A stretch of DNA of 64,000 bases, taken from contig CBDESZ010000016.1 in assembly GCA_965242725.1 (NCBI GenBank), positions 192,001-256,000 on the forward strand, written 5' to 3'. Source of the stretch: Alkalispirochaeta sp. GTDB taxonomy: Bacteria; Spirochaetota; Spirochaetia; DSM-27196; Alkalispirochaetaceae. Below, one piece after another: positions 30,100-39,904 of this stretch. Each line of letters starts with the position of its first letter. Position 1 is the stretch's first letter. The translations under genes were made by a program, and so were the position numbers. Under the pieces are notes generated by a model that searched no databases, was not told the origin of the DNA, and saw nothing but the letters and a program-made list of their open reading frames with translations.

Positions 30100-31241
30100 A
30101 TGAAAAGACCGCGTAGCCTCCGGACGAAGGGGTGCCGCAGTGCCGACCTCCACGCCCGGTCGAGTCGTCCCCGGGGAACGACGGTGTCGCCGCTATGTGT
30201 GTCGACTTGTATGAGCGGCGGTAAGCCGGGTGTGCCGGCACGATGCGGCGAGCGGCGTATCCGCCGACGGTTTCTGCGTCGATGCAGTTCTCCCCTGCTG
30301 CGTTTCCTTCCCGTGCTCTTCGTCCTGGCGGGGTGCGCCACCACACCATTCCCGTCGCGCTCGTCCGACGTCCCGGGAATACCGGGCATGCCGGAAGTAC
30401 CGGACGACTCGGCGATACGGACCGCCCCGGTCGTTCTGAATCCCGTGTACCACTCATACATCGATACGCTCCCGACGCCTGCCGGTGATGTCACGCTGGA
30501 TGTGGTGTTTCTGCGTCCCGAGGCGACGGTTGCATTGGTCACCCCCCAAAGTCCCGCACCGACGGGCGCGGTGATCGTGCTTACAAATCCGTGGCGGCGA
30601 CCGGGTCGACGGCCGGTGGGTATCGTCATTGACGGCGCACGACAACTGAATCCTCCCGAACCACCCTATTGGGCGCTGGTCATGGACGACAGGCTTTCCT
30701 CGGCGCGGGTTGTCCCCCAGGACGGGTTGCGTCCGGCGCAGTCGCGTGGCATCGCGGTAGGGGGTTCTATCCTCTACTGCTGGACGGACGGATTGTTGCG
30801 GCGGATTTTCCCGGTTCCACGATTCGTGCCGCCCGGGTGGTAGTTGCAGGGGGCGCCTCCGCCGGTGAAGCAGGCAGCGCCGCGCCGGGGACGGGTGGTG
30901 CCGTATCGGGAAGAGATGCTATATCAGGAAGAAATCGCGGCCCTGTATCGGAAAGAGATGGCGGCCCCGCGCCGGGGTCTGTACCGGGAAGAAATGGCGC
31001 CGGCTCCGAGTCATCCGGAATCATCGCCGTCGTGACCGCCGAAGGAAGTCGGCCATTTACTCCGGGGCCGACTACGACAGAGATCGCCGAATACCTGCGT
31101 CGCCGCGGTTTTCAGTGGGCTCTCAATCTGGACGGCGGTCGCTCGGCAACGGTACTCCTTTCCGACGATACGGTCATACCCGAAGGTATCATCTTCCGAC
31201 GTCCCGGCCCCGTCGGTATTGCCCTATATGTGATACCATAG
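30100..31241 (+). CDS. Phosphodiester-glycosidase (NAGPA-like) lipoprotein, frameshifted at the G5 run 30760-30764; start uncertain
   Basis: Lipobox VLAGC and PVGIVIDG in frame 1. Adding one G gives IAVGGFYPLLLDG; frame 2 continues to WALNLDGGRS, which resembles the NAGPA LDGGGS motif. Confidence 0.65.
30901..30996 (+). repeat. Four degenerate 18-nt repeats inside the NAGPA-like gene
   Basis: ccgtatcgggaagagatg 30901, ctatatcaggaagaaatc 30919, ctgtatcggaaagagatg 30943, ctgtaccgggaagaaatg 30979. Confidence 0.75.
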
Positions 31242-31245
31242 GGCG

Positions 31246-32643
31246 ATGTTATTCCCTTCCAAAGGGTCCATGCACAGCGGTGTCCGGCGCATTGCCGCTC
31301 TGACTTTCGTCCTCCTTTTCCTTTTCGGCGGGTGTGTCACCCGACCCGATGGGATCTCACGCCGGAAAACTCCCGGCGGCGCGGAGGGGCTCCCTGAAGC
31401 GGATACAAATGTGGCGATTGACCGACGTCTTGAAGAGATGACCCTGCGGGAAAAGCTGGGTCAGCGTTTTCTCATTTATGTTCCCCGGGACGGAGGAATC
31501 ACTGAAGAGTATGTCACGCTCCTGAAGCGTACCGCTCCGGCGGGAATGATCGTCTATCCATGGAATTACCGTGACAGAGATGCCCTTATCAATCTTACGG
31601 CAAAACTGCAGCGCCTCGCCGCGTATCACCCCGCAGGCGGTAACTTTCTCATAGCTGCGGATCAGGAGGGGGGACGGGTTGCGGCATATCGCTTTCCCGA
31701 CCTGCCCCGGTTTCCATCGGCGGCGGCGATGGCGCGGCAAGCGACGGTGCCGCACCAAGCGGCAGCGGCGCACCAAGCGACGGTGCCGCACCAAGCGGCA
31801 GCGGCGCAACAGGCGACCGTGCCCGGACCGGCCGACTCCGATGAAAGCGCCCGCTCTTCCCCGCCGTCCGCCACGAGTTCGGAACCAACCTCTTCCTCGC
31901 CGTCCGACGTGGTACCCGATGGAAGCCCCCGCCACTCCGCAGTCGACGATAACTACCTCTACAGTCAGGGATACATCACCGGCCGGGACCTGCGTTCCCT
32001 GGGCATAAATATAAACTTTGCCCCGGTGGTGGACCTCGTGGAGGTGCAGGATCGCTCCATCATCGGCGACCGCTCGTGGGGAGGAGATCCGGACCGTGTT
32101 TCCGCAATGGCCCGGTCCTATCTCGCGGGCCTCCGCGAAGCGGGCGTCATCGGCACGGTAAAGCACTTTCCCGGCCACGGCGTGACGCGGGTGGACAGCC
32201 ACGGACGGCTCCCCGAGGTCGACCTGACGATTGATGACTTGATGGACCGGGATCTGCGCCCATTCATCGCCGCCGTGGACGGCGGCGTGCCCGCCGTCAT
32301 GACCGCTCACATCCTCTTTCCCCGGATCGACCCGGAATATCCCGTCACAATCTCGGAAGTATTCCTTCACGACATCCTTCGGGAACGGCTACAATACGAC
32401 GGAGTGGTCCTCTCCGACGGTCTGTCCATGGCGGCGCTCTCCGACAACTACGACATCGACCTCGTCCTGGAGCGGGCCCTTAAGTACGACGTGGACCTCA
32501 TTCTCATCCACGACCGGTACGACTTCACGGAAATCCTGGCGCGCACGGAAGCGCTCGTTGCATCGGGACGCATCACCGAGGAGGACATCGACCGCGGTGT
32601 CCGTCGCGTCCTGGCCCTCAAAGAACGATATCGACTGTTCTGA
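31246..32643 (+). CDS. GH3 beta-N-acetylhexosaminidase (NagZ-like) lipoprotein
   Basis: Lipobox LFGGC, DQEGGRV, NFAPVVD, IGDRSWG, KHFPGHG...DSH, VMTAHI, SDGLSM. Confidence 0.88.
   Translation: MLFPSKGSMHSGVRRIAALTFVLLFLFGGCVTRPDGISRRKTPGGAEGLPEADTNVAIDRRLEEMTLREKLGQRFLIYVPRDGGITEEYVTLLKRTAPAGMIVYPWNYRDRDALINLTAKLQRLAAYHPAGGNFLIAADQEGGRVAAYRFPDLPRFPSAAAMARQATVPHQAAAAHQATVPHQAAAAQQATVPGPADSDESARSSPPSATSSEPTSSSPSDVVPDGSPRHSAVDDNYLYSQGYITGRDLRSLGININFAPVVDLVEVQDRSIIGDRSWGGDPDRVSAMARSYLAGLREAGVIGTVKHFPGHGVTRVDSHGRLPEVDLTIDDLMDRDLRPFIAAVDGGVPAVMTAHILFPRIDPEYPVTISEVFLHDILRERLQYDGVVLSDGLSMAALSDNYDIDLVLERALKYDVDLILIHDRYDFTEILARTEALVASGRITEEDIDRGVRRVLALKERYRLF
31738..31824 (+). repeat. 36-bp tandem repeat (about 2.4 copies) encoding QATVPHQAAAAH
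   Basis: CAAGCGACGGTGCCGCACCAAGCGGCAGCGGCGCA(C/A) at 31738 and 31774, partial third copy from 31810. Confidence 0.9.
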
Positions 32644-32657
32644 AAAGGAAGGTTGCT

Positions 32658-33509
32658 ATGGGAAAATTGAAAATTGAACTTCGTTCCGCGGTGATCACGT
32701 TTCTCCTGCTGGCGGGCATCAACAGCCTCGTCCAGGGGCAGAGCGGATCGGCCTTTTCCACGGAAGAGGTGTCGAGACTCCTTCAGCGGGCGGCGTCATA
32801 CACGGGCGACGAGCTGATGAACCTGGCGGACGACGCCCTCTTCCCGCCGACCTTCGTGGCGACCATGAGAATGACGACGGAGCGGCCCGGTCGCAGGACG
32901 ACGGAAATGGTCCTTGAAAACTCCCATCAGGATGACGTCGGTACCTACATGGAGGTGCTGGAACCGAGCCGCTCCCGGGGCATGCGTTTCCTTCAAAAGG
33001 AGGACGACCTGTGGATGTACAATCCCCGCTCCCATTCGCGCCGAGCCGTCCGTCTCGCCCCGCGGGATTCATTTCAGGGAAGCGTCTTCTCCAATAACGA
33101 CGTCTCCGACCCCAACTACGCCGATGACTACACGGCGACCGTCGAAGGTCGGGAGACGATCGACCACCGTGAGTTCGGAACGGTACCCGCCCTGCGTATT
33201 ACCGCCCGTGCACGGCACGACGAGGCGGCGTACGGACGCATCGAGATGTGGTTGCGTCCCGACGAGGAGAGTCCCGACGATCTGCGGGTGATTCCCCTGC
33301 GTATCGACTACTACTCCCGGTCGGGGCTGCTCTTCAAGCGGATGACCCTCCGGGAGATCGGCCCCCTCGCGGGGGCGCGTCGTCCCTCGGTGATGGAAAT
33401 GGAGTCCCTGGAGGAGCAGGGGGCGGTCACCACCGTCCGTATTGAGTCCCTGGAATCCCGGGAAGAGCTGCCGCCGCGTCTCTTCAGTCAACAGGAATTG
33501 ACGAGATGA
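32658..33509 (+). CDS. LolA-like outer-membrane lipoprotein-sorting protein
   Basis: Signal peptide; RGMRFLQKEDDLWMYNP, SFQGSVFSNND, YYSRSGLLFK, FSQQEL. Confidence 0.8.
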   Translation: MGKLKIELRSAVITFLLLAGINSLVQGQSGSAFSTEEVSRLLQRAASYTGDELMNLADDALFPPTFVATMRMTTERPGRRTTEMVLENSHQDDVGTYMEVLEPSRSRGMRFLQKEDDLWMYNPRSHSRRAVRLAPRDSFQGSVFSNNDVSDPNYADDYTATVEGRETIDHREFGTVPALRITARARHDEAAYGRIEMWLRPDEESPDDLRVIPLRIDYYSRSGLLFKRMTLREIGPLAGARRPSVMEMESLEEQGAVTTVRIESLESREELPPRLFSQQELTR

Positions 33510-33527
33510 TATACACTTGTACTGCCA

Positions 33528-34778
33528 ATGGTTGATCTGCCTGCTATGATCCGGCGGCTACGCGTCCTGCCTTTGCTGCCGCTCCTGATGTCATTCATCG
33601 TCATGTTACCCGTCGCAGGTAATCTCTATCCCCAGGAGTATGACCTCCTCGGAAGCGTGGAACTCAGTAGCACAACGCACCATCTGAAAGAATCTCCCGT
33701 CGTGTCGGGAACGGGTCTTCGGCAGGATGCGTGGGAAACGGCGGGCACCATGCGTATCGAGGCAACCCACCGCCTGACCTATTCCGGCGCGGAGTTTGTT
33801 CTCGATCACGGGTTGGATATCTCTCCCGCGATCACCTCGGACCAAACGATTTTTGACATCACATCCGACGCCGGAAGTGCCGGGACGGGAGACACCGGGG
33901 CGGGCACGGTGACGCTTGTGCACAGTCTCAACCAGGGATATCTCTCCCTTTTTCCCGCCGAGTGGCTCGTCGTGCGTATGGGGCGGCAACGGATGAACTG
34001 GGGACGGGCCTATACGTTTTCCGTCACCGACGCGATGCATCCTCACCACCCGGACGCACAGATCGAGACGGGATTTGACGGCCTCTCCCTCGCCCTGCGA
34101 CCAACACCGGATATCTCCCTTGAGGTGGCCGGGGCGATCCAGAATGCCGTCGATACGGGAGAAATGGAGGACGTCCGTCTCGGCGCGTATGGTCTGTTCT
34201 TCCTCGCCCCGGTGGAACTCGGCGCGACGGTGGTCTATCAGTACCGGACAATTCTCCGACCCGGATTTGTCACAACCTTTCCCGTGGGACCGCTCCTCGT
34301 CGTCGGAGAGGGAGCCATGGAAATGTACGATCCCCGGAACGAGCGCATGGACTATCAACCCCAGTTCAGTATCGGCGGCGAATACACGTGGTACGGTGAG
34401 GTGACCGACATTTCCCTCACCGCGGAGTATCTCTACAACGGACTGGCAGAACACGTGCCGGAAATACTCCTGGGGAGTCAGCCCGTTGAAGATCTGTCGG
34501 TGACAACCGATTTTGCCGGCGGTTTTGCCCGCCCGGGCTACCGCTACCTGTCGGGAAGCGTGTCCATGCACGTGACGGACAGCTGGTCGACGACACATAC
34601 CGCATTGACCAATATTTCCGACGAAAGCTGGTGGGTCACCCACGGTGTCACGCTGCTTCGCGTTCCCGGAGTCGATCTGGGTGCGCAGGTGACGTGGAAC
34701 AGCGGCGATCCGGGAACGGAGTTCGGCAATCTGTCCCGGGATGTAGTCGTGGAACTCACGGCAAAGGCGCATTTCTAG
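33528..34778 (+). CDS. Putative outer-membrane beta-barrel protein
   Basis: Signal peptide; RMGRQRMNWGRA...TDAM motif; amphipathic strands; C-terminal F (LTAKAHF). Confidence 0.6.
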   Translation: MVDLPAMIRRLRVLPLLPLLMSFIVMLPVAGNLYPQEYDLLGSVELSSTTHHLKESPVVSGTGLRQDAWETAGTMRIEATHRLTYSGAEFVLDHGLDISPAITSDQTIFDITSDAGSAGTGDTGAGTVTLVHSLNQGYLSLFPAEWLVVRMGRQRMNWGRAYTFSVTDAMHPHHPDAQIETGFDGLSLALRPTPDISLEVAGAIQNAVDTGEMEDVRLGAYGLFFLAPVELGATVVYQYRTILRPGFVTTFPVGPLLVVGEGAMEMYDPRNERMDYQPQFSIGGEYTWYGEVTDISLTAEYLYNGLAEHVPEILLGSQPVEDLSVTTDFAGGFARPGYRYLSGSVSMHVTDSWSTTHTALTNISDESWWVTHGVTLLRVPGVDLGAQVTWNSGDPGTEFGNLSRDVVVELTAKAHF

Positions 34779-34795
34779 GCGCCCGGGCGGAATAC

Positions 34796-35485
34796 ATGGA
34801 GGAGAAAGTGGCCCTTGTAACGGTTTCGGACGTAACAAAAGAGTACCCTCTGGGAAAGACGACGATACACGCCCTGAGAGGCGTATCCCTTCACATTGAG
34901 GCCGGAGAGATCGTTGCGGTCGTCGGACCGTCGGGCTGCGGCAAGACGACACTTCTCAACCTCATCGGTTGCATCGATCGACCGACAAGCGGCGAGGTCA
35001 CGATGGACGGGCAACCCCTGAGTCATCTCAACGACGACGAAGAGAGCGCCCTTCGGCTCCACCACATGGGGTTTGTCTTTCAGAGTTTCAACCTCATTCC
35101 CGTCCTTACGGTCCGGGAAAACGTTGAATTTCCCGCCGTTCTTGCGGGAACGCCGGCGGCGGAACGGCGGGAATACGCAGACTATCTGCTCAATGCCGTC
35201 GACATCGGCCAATACGCGTCGCATCGGCCCGATGAACTGTCGGGGGGACAGCGGCAGCGCGTCGCCGTCGCCCGGGCGCTCATCAACCGGCCGAGTCTCG
35301 TCATCGCCGACGAGCCGACGGCAAACCTCGATTCCGAGACGGGTGATCGCATTATCGCCCTCATGCGGGACCTCAACCACCACGACAACGTGACCTTTCT
35401 CTTTTCCACCCACAATCCGGAAATACTCCAATACGCGGACCGGACAATACCGCTCAGGGACGGCCGGGTGGGAGGAACGGAATGA
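34796..35485 (+). CDS. LolD/MacB-type ABC ATPase
   Basis: GPSGCGKTT, GFVFQSFNL, LSGGQRQRVAVARAL, ADEPTANLD, STHN. Confidence 0.93.
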   Translation: MEEKVALVTVSDVTKEYPLGKTTIHALRGVSLHIEAGEIVAVVGPSGCGKTTLLNLIGCIDRPTSGEVTMDGQPLSHLNDDEESALRLHHMGFVFQSFNLIPVLTVRENVEFPAVLAGTPAAERREYADYLLNAVDIGQYASHRPDELSGGQRQRVAVARALINRPSLVIADEPTANLDSETGDRIIALMRDLNHHDNVTFLFSTHNPEILQYADRTIPLRDGRVGGTE

Positions 35486-36870
35486 TATGGAAGATCGCCT
35501 GGGCGAGTCTCCTCAGACACGGACGGCGAAGTCTCCTTATTCTCCTGGCCGTCGCCCTTTCCGTCGCGGTCATGGAGTTTGTCGTCGGAATGATGACGGG
35601 GATGCGGGAGGACTTTTTTGAAACGATGGTCAGTTCCGGAGGGCACCTCCGGGTGGAACACATCGATTCCGCCGACGCGCTGGATCCCCTTTCCCTTGAG
35701 CTCCTGATTTCGGACTGGCGGAAGTACGACGACTGGTTTCGTTCCCGGCCGGAAGTGGTCGCGACGGAGGCGGTTCTCCCGTTCGGGGCGCTGCTCATAC
35801 ATGGGGAAACCAACGCCCCGATGGTGGGTATCGGTGTTTCACCGGACACCTCGTTTTATTCGGATGTCCGGGGCGGTATGGAGGAAGGGCGATTCCTGGG
35901 TGACGGGGACGGGGACGGCGCCGGCGCGGGAGGTGGCGACACAGACAACGGCTACACCGCAGACACCGACAGCTCCACCGCCGACACCGACAGCTCCGAC
36001 ACCGCAGCCGCCCCGACCTCCGGGGAGGCGTTGAACAGGGAAATTCTCATATCCACACAGACGGCGGACATGCTCGATCTCGTCGTCGGCGATTCCGCAA
36101 TGGTCCTTGTGGAAGACTCCACCGGGGCACCCTACTATCTGGACTACCTCGTCGCGGGGATCTTCCGCAGCGACTCCGGCGAGTTTGACGACACATCCTT
36201 TCTCATGAGCCACGATGATGCCCGGGAACTGCTGTACGTTGGTGAGGGGACACGGGAAATCAGGGTTGTTCTTCGGAGCGACGACCTTGCCGACGAGGTG
36301 GCGGCGCACTTTGCCGGAGCGTTCAATGACGTTTCAGGGGCGGGAAGCGCCGGGGAGACCCTGACCGCCTCCTCCCCGGCCGTCACGGTCCGTACGTGGC
36401 GTGACATTCACGGCGGCACCGCCGTGCTCCTTGAGATGTTTGACGTATTCATTTACGCCATAAATCTCCTTATCGTCATCGTCGCCGCGACGGTCATCAC
36501 CAACGCCATCCTCATGAATGTCTTTGAAAAGGCAAGGGAATACGCCGCCATGCGAGCCGTGGGCATGACCGCCCGGGGAATATTCCGTCTCGTCCTCGCC
36601 GAGGGAGCGGTCTACGGTATCGTCGGAAGCATCATAGGTCTCGCCGTCGGCATTCCGCTGGTCATCTACTTTCAGCACAACGGTATCGACTTTGGAGAGG
36701 TCATGGAGTCCTTCAACCTGGGCCGGGAGATCAATACCCGGTTTTCTCCCCTCTCATCACTCATGAACGCCCTCCTGGGAACGCTCATCGCCGTCGGTGG
36801 AAGCCTTTACGCCGGTCTTATCTCACGTCGACGGACGATCATGGAAAGCATGCGGGGAGGTACGATCTGA
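35482..36870 (+). CDS. LolC/E (FtsX/MacB-like) ABC permease
   Basis: KIAWASLLRHGRRS, periplasmic domain, NAILMNVFEKAREYAAMRAVG, four-TM layout. Confidence 0.88.
   Translation: MIWKIAWASLLRHGRRSLLILLAVALSVAVMEFVVGMMTGMREDFFETMVSSGGHLRVEHIDSADALDPLSLELLISDWRKYDDWFRSRPEVVATEAVLPFGALLIHGETNAPMVGIGVSPDTSFYSDVRGGMEEGRFLGDGDGDGAGAGGGDTDNGYTADTDSSTADTDSSDTAAAPTSGEALNREILISTQTADMLDLVVGDSAMVLVEDSTGAPYYLDYLVAGIFRSDSGEFDDTSFLMSHDDARELLYVGEGTREIRVVLRSDDLADEVAAHFAGAFNDVSGAGSAGETLTASSPAVTVRTWRDIHGGTAVLLEMFDVFIYAINLLIVIVAATVITNAILMNVFEKAREYAAMRAVGMTARGIFRLVLAEGAVYGIVGSIIGLAVGIPLVIYFQHNGIDFGEVMESFNLGREINTRFSPLSSLMNALLGTLIAVGGSLYAGLISRRRTIMESMRGGTI
35956..35997 (+). repeat. 21-bp tandem duplication (TADTDSS x2) in the permease loop
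   Basis: accgcagacaccgacagctcc followed by accgccgacaccgacagctcc. Confidence 0.85.
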
Positions 36871-38132
36871 TGACTATCGCCGCCGTCGCCTGGCGCAACA
36901 TCTTCCGCAATCGCCGCCGCACCGTCCTCAATATCATCGCCCTCACGGTCGGCATGTCCGTCCTCGTCCTCGCCCTCGGCTGGATCGGCGGATACCACAG
37001 CTACATCTACGACACCCTCCGTGACTTCCAGACGGGAGACGTCCAGATCGTCCATCCCAGGTGGTACGCAGAACGCACACGCCTTCCCGTTGAATATCTC
37101 ATAGAAAATCAGAACAAACTTCGTTCCGCGGTGCAGGAACTGCCCGAGGTTCGCAGTGTAACGCCTCGGGTGGTCTTTTCGGTCAGAACCTCCACGGGGA
37201 GCACCGCCTTCCGCATGCAGGGTGTGGCTATCGATCCCCGACACGAGCCGGAAGTGAGCGTGCTCCACCGCCACCTCGTCTCCGACGGCGGAGATCAGGG
37301 GGAAGGCCCCCTGAGCGTCTCAGCGGACGGGGGTATCTGGATCGGCAGACCCGTGGCGGAAAAGGCGGGCATCGCCGTGGGGGACACCCTTTTCCTCCGC
37401 GCCATGAACCGGCACGGTGTGGAGAACCTCTATGACGCCCCTGTTGTCGGAATCTTCGAGTACGGTTATCCCGTCCTCGACCGGAACGTCCTCTACCTCG
37501 ATCTGGCAACGGCGGAGGAACTCCTGGATCTGGACGGCGGCGCCACGCACCTTGTGATCCGTCTCGCCGACGGCGTTGCGCCGGGTGACGGGGTGGAGGC
37601 TGTCGCATCGCTTGTCGAAAACCGCCGGGGTGACCTTCTGGAGGTCCGTCCGTGGAAGGACTTTGCCCGTGCCGCCGTCTCCGCGGTGGAAGGCGATACC
37701 TACAGCTTCACCGTCATGATCGCCGTCGTGTATCTCCTCATCATCATCGGTATACTCAATTCATTGTCCATGAGCGTCCATGAGCGCACGAGGGAAATCG
37801 GTACCATCAGGGCGATCGGCATACGTCGCCGCCAGCTGGTCGCCCTCTTCGCCCTTGAAAGTGTCTGGCAGGCGCTCATCGCCGCGGTGATATCCCTCGC
37901 CATTACCACCCCCATTGCACTGTGGCTCGTCCACACCGGCGTGGATATCGCCTCCAATATGCCCGACAACATTCCCGTGCCCTTCGGCACCCGTTTTCGC
38001 GCGGACTTTGCGGTATGGCACTACCTTCTCACCCTGGCGAGCGGCGTCGTCACCTCCCTCGCCGGGGCGGTCCTCCCCGCCAGACGGGCGGGAAAGATGG
38101 TCGTTTCCGAGGCGATGCGGACGGTGATATAA
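36870..38132 (+). CDS. LolC/E (FtsX/MacB-like) ABC permease
   Basis: AWRNIFRNRRRT, ILNSLSMSVHERTREIGTIRAIG, LPARRA...EAMR. Confidence 0.9.
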   Translation: MTIAAVAWRNIFRNRRRTVLNIIALTVGMSVLVLALGWIGGYHSYIYDTLRDFQTGDVQIVHPRWYAERTRLPVEYLIENQNKLRSAVQELPEVRSVTPRVVFSVRTSTGSTAFRMQGVAIDPRHEPEVSVLHRHLVSDGGDQGEGPLSVSADGGIWIGRPVAEKAGIAVGDTLFLRAMNRHGVENLYDAPVVGIFEYGYPVLDRNVLYLDLATAEELLDLDGGATHLVIRLADGVAPGDGVEAVASLVENRRGDLLEVRPWKDFARAAVSAVEGDTYSFTVMIAVVYLLIIIGILNSLSMSVHERTREIGTIRAIGIRRRQLVALFALESVWQALIAAVISLAITTPIALWLVHTGVDIASNMPDNIPVPFGTRFRADFAVWHYLLTLASGVVTSLAGAVLPARRAGKMVVSEAMRTVI

Positions 38133-38158
38133 AAAAAGCCCGGCCGTTGCGGCCGGGC
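38131..38158 (-). terminator. Intrinsic terminator of the NhaC-family gene
   Basis: GCCCGGCCG-ttg-CGGCCGGGC hairpin with A7 on the + side (U7 on the minus transcript). Confidence 0.8.
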
Positions 38159-38212
38159 GCGTGACGATCTCTGAAGACCGCTGCTGTGTTGTTGGTATCG
38201 TTTGTTCCGGCG

Positions 38213-39793
38213 TCACTCCGTAACGGGATTCTTGCTGTCCAGCAGGGCGATCTCTTCCGCGGTGAAGTGTTTTTTCTGGTATCTGCTTCCCAGAAAACGG
38301 GAGACGATAACCAGGGCAACAATACCGAGTATAAGAAGAACCCATCCCGCCTGAATGACCGAGGAGAGGAGATAGAGAACACCGGAAATGCCCGCAACAA
38401 GAAGGGCGTAGGGCACCTGGGTCTTCACATGGGCGATGTGGTCTGATCCGGCGAAAATGGAGGCCATGACGGTGGTATCCGAAATGGGGCTGCAGTGGTC
38501 GCCGAAGATGGCACCGGCAAATACTGCACCGATGACGATGTGAACCAGGGGAAGTCCGCCGATTGAATATGCGAGGGGAATACCGATGGGTGTCATGATT
38601 GCCATGGTGCCCCAGGAGGTACCGGTGGAGAAGGAGATGAACATACAGATGATGAAGACGAGAAAGGGCAGGAGCGCCGGGGTCATCCAGCTTTCCGTTG
38701 CACCGACGACAAAATCGGCGGTACCCAGTTCTCCGGTAACCGTTCCGATGGACCACGCGAGGATCATGATCACCAGCGCCGGCAGCATCGTCCTGATTCC
38801 GCCCATGACGGTGTCTTCAATCTCCTTGAAGCTCATTTTCTGAATGATCGCAAGGACGACACCCACAAAGGACATGGCAAACGCTGCCCACGTGAGGGCG
38901 ACGTCGACTTGCGTATCCGCCAGGGCGTCCATAAGGCTCTTACCCTCGGGTCCGCCTCCGGTATACCAGAGGGCCCACACGCCCACACCGATGAGTGTCA
39001 CCAGGGGCAGGATGAAGTAAAAGACGTTGGCCTTTTCAGGGTTGACCGCTTCACCGAGGTCCATTTCCACCGATGAAAGGGGCGTTGCCCCGTCTTCTAT
39101 CAGTTTTCCCGTCTTCAGCGACCGCAGTTCCGCAGTTGCCATGGGACCAAAATCCTTCCCGAATATGAAGAGGGGAACGGCGATGAGACTGAGAATGCTG
39201 TAAAAGTTCCATTGAATGGAGCTCAGGAAGGCAAAATAGGGTTGAGACTCTACAAGTGAAATGGAAACAAACGCAGCGGCGATGAGGGATACCTGAAAAC
39301 CGATCCAGTCCGATACGGGGCCGATCGTCGCCATGGGAGCTGCGGTGGCGTCCAGGATGTAGGCAAATTTCTCCCGGGATACGCGGTACTTGCCGTTTAT
39401 GTCCTTGGAAGCGTTTCCGGTGATGACGGAGTTCACATAGTCATTGAAGAAAACGACGATACCGAGAATCCACGCAAAAAACTGTGCCCGTTTTCGGTTG
39501 GTGATTCTGTGCTGCAGAGATCGCGTCAATGCGTGAGAACCGCCGACTTTGTACATGAGACCGGCGCCGATGCCGAGAAAGGCGACAAGCACCAGAAAGC
39601 GGGCGTTCCACCCGTCGGTCATGACGTCCTTCATCCAGTCAAAGGTCACGCCGACGGCGGCAAAGGGATTGCCTCCTGTATAGATCAAACCGCCGATCCA
39701 GACGCTTACAAAAAGCGAGATCAGCACTTTCCGGGTCATAATGGCCAGCGCAATTGCGACAACCGGTGGTACAATGGACCACAATCCAAACAT
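38213..39793 (-). CDS. NhaC-family (Na+/H+ antiporter / amino-acid) transporter
   Basis: SIVPPVVAI, FFNDY, SREKFAYILDATAAP, SFSTGTSWGT, GAIFGDHCSPISDTT, HVKTQVPYA. Confidence 0.88.
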   Translation of the reverse strand: MFGLWSIVPPVVAIALAIMTRKVLISLFVSVWIGGLIYTGGNPFAAVGVTFDWMKDVMTDGWNARFLVLVAFLGIGAGLMYKVGGSHALTRSLQHRITNRKRAQFFAWILGIVVFFNDYVNSVITGNASKDINGKYRVSREKFAYILDATAAPMATIGPVSDWIGFQVSLIAAAFVSISLVESQPYFAFLSSIQWNFYSILSLIAVPLFIFGKDFGPMATAELRSLKTGKLIEDGATPLSSVEMDLGEAVNPEKANVFYFILPLVTLIGVGVWALWYTGGGPEGKSLMDALADTQVDVALTWAAFAMSFVGVVLAIIQKMSFKEIEDTVMGGIRTMLPALVIMILAWSIGTVTGELGTADFVVGATESWMTPALLPFLVFIICMFISFSTGTSWGTMAIMTPIGIPLAYSIGGLPLVHIVIGAVFAGAIFGDHCSPISDTTVMASIFAGSDHIAHVKTQVPYALLVAGISGVLYLLSSVIQAGWVLLILGIVALVIVSRFLGSRYQKKHFTAEEIALLDSKNPVTE

Positions 39794-39904
39794 AATTCAG
39801 CCCCCTTCTTTGAGTAAATATTACAAGTATAGGTCTTTTTGCCCTTTTGAGAATTTATACTACCACAGGTATGGAACGGGGTAAAATAAAAATTTCCCGT
39901 ATTT

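Noticed and set aside
31738..31824. 36-bp repeats as a CRISPR array
   Set aside because: Head-to-tail with no spacers, in frame within a CDS, and no cas genes nearby.
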